A stretch of 20,000 nucleotides of DNA, taken from assembly GCA_963976765.1 (NCBI GenBank), contig CAXBME010000004.1:371805-391804 (forward strand), given 5' to 3'. This document shows, in pieces, positions 17,593 to 20,000 of the stretch; the first letter of the stretch is position 1, and each line of letters begins with the position of its first letter. Below the pieces are notes generated by a model that saw only the letters and a list, made by a program, of their open reading frames with translations, ran no database searches and had not been told where the DNA came from. The position numbers and the translations under genes are program-made. This DNA is from an uncultured Planctomycetaceae bacterium (GTDB lineage Bacteria > Planctomycetota > Planctomycetia > Planctomycetales > Planctomycetaceae).

Positions 17593-18918
17593 CTACGGCA
17601 GGTCCGTGACGACGACCTTCGTCAGGATGTACTGCACGCCGAACGCGACGAGCAACGACGTTTCGACCAGCAGTAAAGCGTGAGTTCGTTTCTGCTGACT
17701 GAGCAGGAAACCGCCACACGGTATAAAGACGATCGTTGCCCACACAAACGGAACTCCATACTGCATGGCCACGACGTAGATCGCCGTGGCGGTAAGCAGC
17801 CCGATCGTTCGCAAAGTCGCAGGCGACGTTTCAGCAGCAGCATTGCTGGCGGAATTCGCCACAAATTCGCGACGACGCTCGACGATCATAGCCGCAACGC
17901 AAGCAACAAGTGCCCAGCCAACGCCCATTGGAATATCAGGAACTTCCGGAGTCTTCTGCTGACCAACGGTCTTTGCATCCGCGACCTGCTGATTGATGTA
18001 GTCGATAAATTCCTGTCCCTGCAGAAAGTTTGGCTCCATCTGCAGCTCGGCCAACCGCTTACGAACGTGCTCGGTCTCCATCGCTTGTTTGAGAACGTTG
18101 GCGATGTAGTCGACGCATTCGCGTGGCGTTCCCTTTGGAAACCACCAGTAATGACGGTTCGAGTTGACGACGTCGACACCCTGTTCGCGAGCCGTCGGAA
18201 CTTCCGGCAACGCCGGATTCCTTTTCTCCCCCAGATACGCAATCGCCCGCAGACCTTGAGATTTGAAGCTGACATACTCCGAGACAGAAAACGAAGACAC
18301 TTCGATGTGGTCTCCCACGAGTTTATGAGCCCGATCTGCCCCGTCTCCCGATTGAGTAAACCGAAACTTTGCTCCTGGAAATGCCTGCTCCAGTTGAAGC
18401 GAGGCGAAGTGGGTAGGGGCTCCAAGATTGACCCCGTTGATCACCGAATCCGGCTTCGATCTGCACTCATCGAGCAACTCCGTGAGCGTCTCGAACCGGG
18501 ATGAATCCTTAACGACGACCACCATGCCGATCTCGCCCGTCGAGGCCACCGGTTCGAATGCTTCCGGGCCATACTTCACTTTGCCCGAATACTTCGCCGT
18601 GATAATTGCATCGTGCAGCAACAGCAGCGTGTAGCCGTCCGGCTTTGCATCCCGCACGTACCGACTGCCAATCGTCGCGCTGCCGCCTGGTCGGTTGATG
18701 ATTACAAACGGCTGAGGCAGCAGCCCGGCTTCATCGATCCCCAGCTTGATAATCCGACCAAAAGTATCACTGCCCCCTCCCGGTCCAAACGGAACGACAA
18801 GCTTGATCGGTTTCGCCGGGTAGTTCCCTCCAGCGCTTCCAGAGTCGCCAGCCAGAGATGCCACCATCAAAGCAACGATCGCGCCGCATGCAGCAAGATG
18901 TCCGAGAATTCGATTCAT
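17593..18918 (-). CDS. Tripartite tricarboxylate transporter substrate-binding protein TctC fused to a TctB-like membrane domain
   Basis: TctC/Bug motifs YPAKPIKLVVPFGPGGGSD, NRPGGS, PDGYTL, LPEVPTAREQG and PKGTP. The last ~115 aa contain about four hydrophobic helices with TctB-like features (Y...F.WAT..F and a terminal ..LP). Confidence 0.85.
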   Translation of the reverse strand: MNRILGHLAACGAIVALMVASLAGDSGSAGGNYPAKPIKLVVPFGPGGGSDTFGRIIKLGIDEAGLLPQPFVIINRPGGSATIGSRYVRDAKPDGYTLLLLHDAIITAKYSGKVKYGPEAFEPVASTGEIGMVVVVKDSSRFETLTELLDECRSKPDSVINGVNLGAPTHFASLQLEQAFPGAKFRFTQSGDGADRAHKLVGDHIEVSSFSVSEYVSFKSQGLRAIAYLGEKRNPALPEVPTAREQGVDVVNSNRHYWWFPKGTPRECVDYIANVLKQAMETEHVRKRLAELQMEPNFLQGQEFIDYINQQVADAKTVGQQKTPEVPDIPMGVGWALVACVAAMIVERRREFVANSASNAAAETSPATLRTIGLLTATAIYVVAMQYGVPFVWATIVFIPCGGFLLSQQKRTHALLLVETSLLVAFGVQYILTKVVVTDLP

Positions 18919-18978
18919 ACTGAGCCAGTGATTGCTTCAACGCGAGAATCTGAAATCCGCTCTGAAAAGCAACTCCAG

Positions 18979-19014
18979 AAAAGAAGCCCGTCTCTGATTG
19001 TCAGAGACGGGCTT
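18979..19014 (-). terminator. Rho-independent terminator after the DUF1552 gene
   Basis: 14-bp inverted repeat AAGCCCGTCTCTGA-ttg-TCAGAGACGGGCTT (18984-19014), followed on the minus strand by CTTTTCT. Confidence 0.8.
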
Positions 19015-19042
19015 TATCAAATGTCGTTTCCCGGAAGTCGTA

Positions 19043-19951
19043 TTACAAGTCGGCGATTGGTTTGTCGCTGAATGTTTCCTGGCCGACTTCGAGCTTTCCG
19101 GCCAGTGACGCGTGCAGGCTCGACAGTGGTGTGTGTTTCGGGCAGACGAGGTGTCGACCCGTTTTGATGCGGCCCTGCCCGCCGCCAGCAAGCAGAATCG
19201 GCAGGTTTTCCCGGACGTGGCCGTTGCCGTCTTTCATCCCTGAACCGTACATCACGATTGTGTTGTCCAGCAGGCTGCCGTTGCCTTCATCGATTGCTTT
19301 CATTTTCTGCAGCATGCCCGAGAACATCTCAATGTACCAGCGACTGACCGTTGTGTACTCGGCGATAGCCGTGGCCTGATTCTGGTGATGCGACATGCCG
19401 TGATGATCGCTGTTGACGCCGTCCAGGAAGCTGAAATTCTGGCGGCTGAAACCGTGAGCAGTCATCAGAGTTCCGACGCGAGTCGTGTCTGTCTGAAAGG
19501 CCAGAACCATCAGGTCGATCATCAGTTGCAGATGCTCGTCACGACGTCGCGGAATCCCGGCGGCAGGGGCTGCCAGATCGGGAGTCGTCGGCGGCACCCA
19601 GGATTTCCTCGGTGGATTCAGGCTCTTTTCGATTCGCTCTTCGACCGAGCGAACGCTTGCCAGGTATTCCTCAATCTTGTGCTGATCGAGCGAACTGGCT
19701 TTCTTCTTCAGAGCCTTTGTATCGTCCAGGACAAGATCGATGATACTTCTGCGGTCGAGGTTCCGCCGTCGTGCTTCGGGACTGGTTTGATTTCTGAACA
19801 GCCGGTCGAAAGCGACTCGCGGGTTGATCTCAGGACTGACTCGCGTCGTCTCGGATGCCCACGAAATTGTATTTGCAAAAGAAATCGGGTTGCCGCTGGC
19901 TGACCCCTGTCGAGGCGGCTCGGTGCCGAGCACCACTGACGGCAGGCTAGT
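19043..19951 (-). pseudogene. DUF1552 (HxxSHH) family protein, C-terminal portion only, interrupted upstream
   Basis: INPRVAFDRLF, SIIDLV, EYLASVRSVEERI, LAFQTDTTRV, HHGMSHH, SLLDNT and NLPILLAGG are typical of DUF1552. The family-like segment TSLPSVVLG is preceded by an in-frame TGA at 19960-19958, so the N-terminus is missing. Confidence 0.75.
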
Positions 19952-20000
19952 GCTTCGTCAGAGGGCAAAGTTCGGGTTCCACGGAATGGATGAATCTGAG
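19947..20000. mobile_element. Probable terminus of an insertion sequence inserted at CTAG/TA (family not determinable)
   Basis: DUF1552 similarity stops at CTAG (19947-19950). The sequence beyond (TAGTGCTTCGTCAGAGG...) resembles DUF1552 in none of the three minus frames. Only 54 nt are visible. Confidence 0.5.

Noticed and set aside
17680..18504. 274-aa plus-strand ORF
   Set aside because: Antisense to tctC-tctB, with composition unlike a real protein.

Overview
Gene-dense bacterial chromosome segment whose gene content (planctomycete-type cytochrome c domain, WPxWRGP beta-propeller, DUF1552, sulfatase, BlaI/M56 pair) suggests a Planctomycete; this is inferred from families, not from a marker gene. 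In order: a 5'-truncated sigma-54 NtrC-type regulator, a TruC-like pseudouridine synthase, pgk, a PQQ-like beta-propeller coupled to a Gfo/Idh/MocA oxidoreductase, a hexaheme cytochrome c coupled to a predicted outer-membrane beta-barrel, an SGNH hydrolase divergent from a BlaI-like repressor and M56 (BlaR1-like) peptidase, a cytoplasmic sulfatase behind a tripartite tricarboxylate transporter (TctC-TctB fusion plus TctA), and a DUF1552 gene broken at a CTAG site by a probable IS end. Best candidates for undescribed biology: (1) a non-canonical porin-multiheme cytochrome pair (6622-10478); (2) the BlaI/M56 module, which has a 14-bp-periodic CAAATTTG array and a perfect internal Shine-Dalgarno plus signal peptide that could release its C-terminal domain as a separate protein; (3) the TctC-TctB fusion. 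No rRNA, tRNA or CRISPR array was seen.
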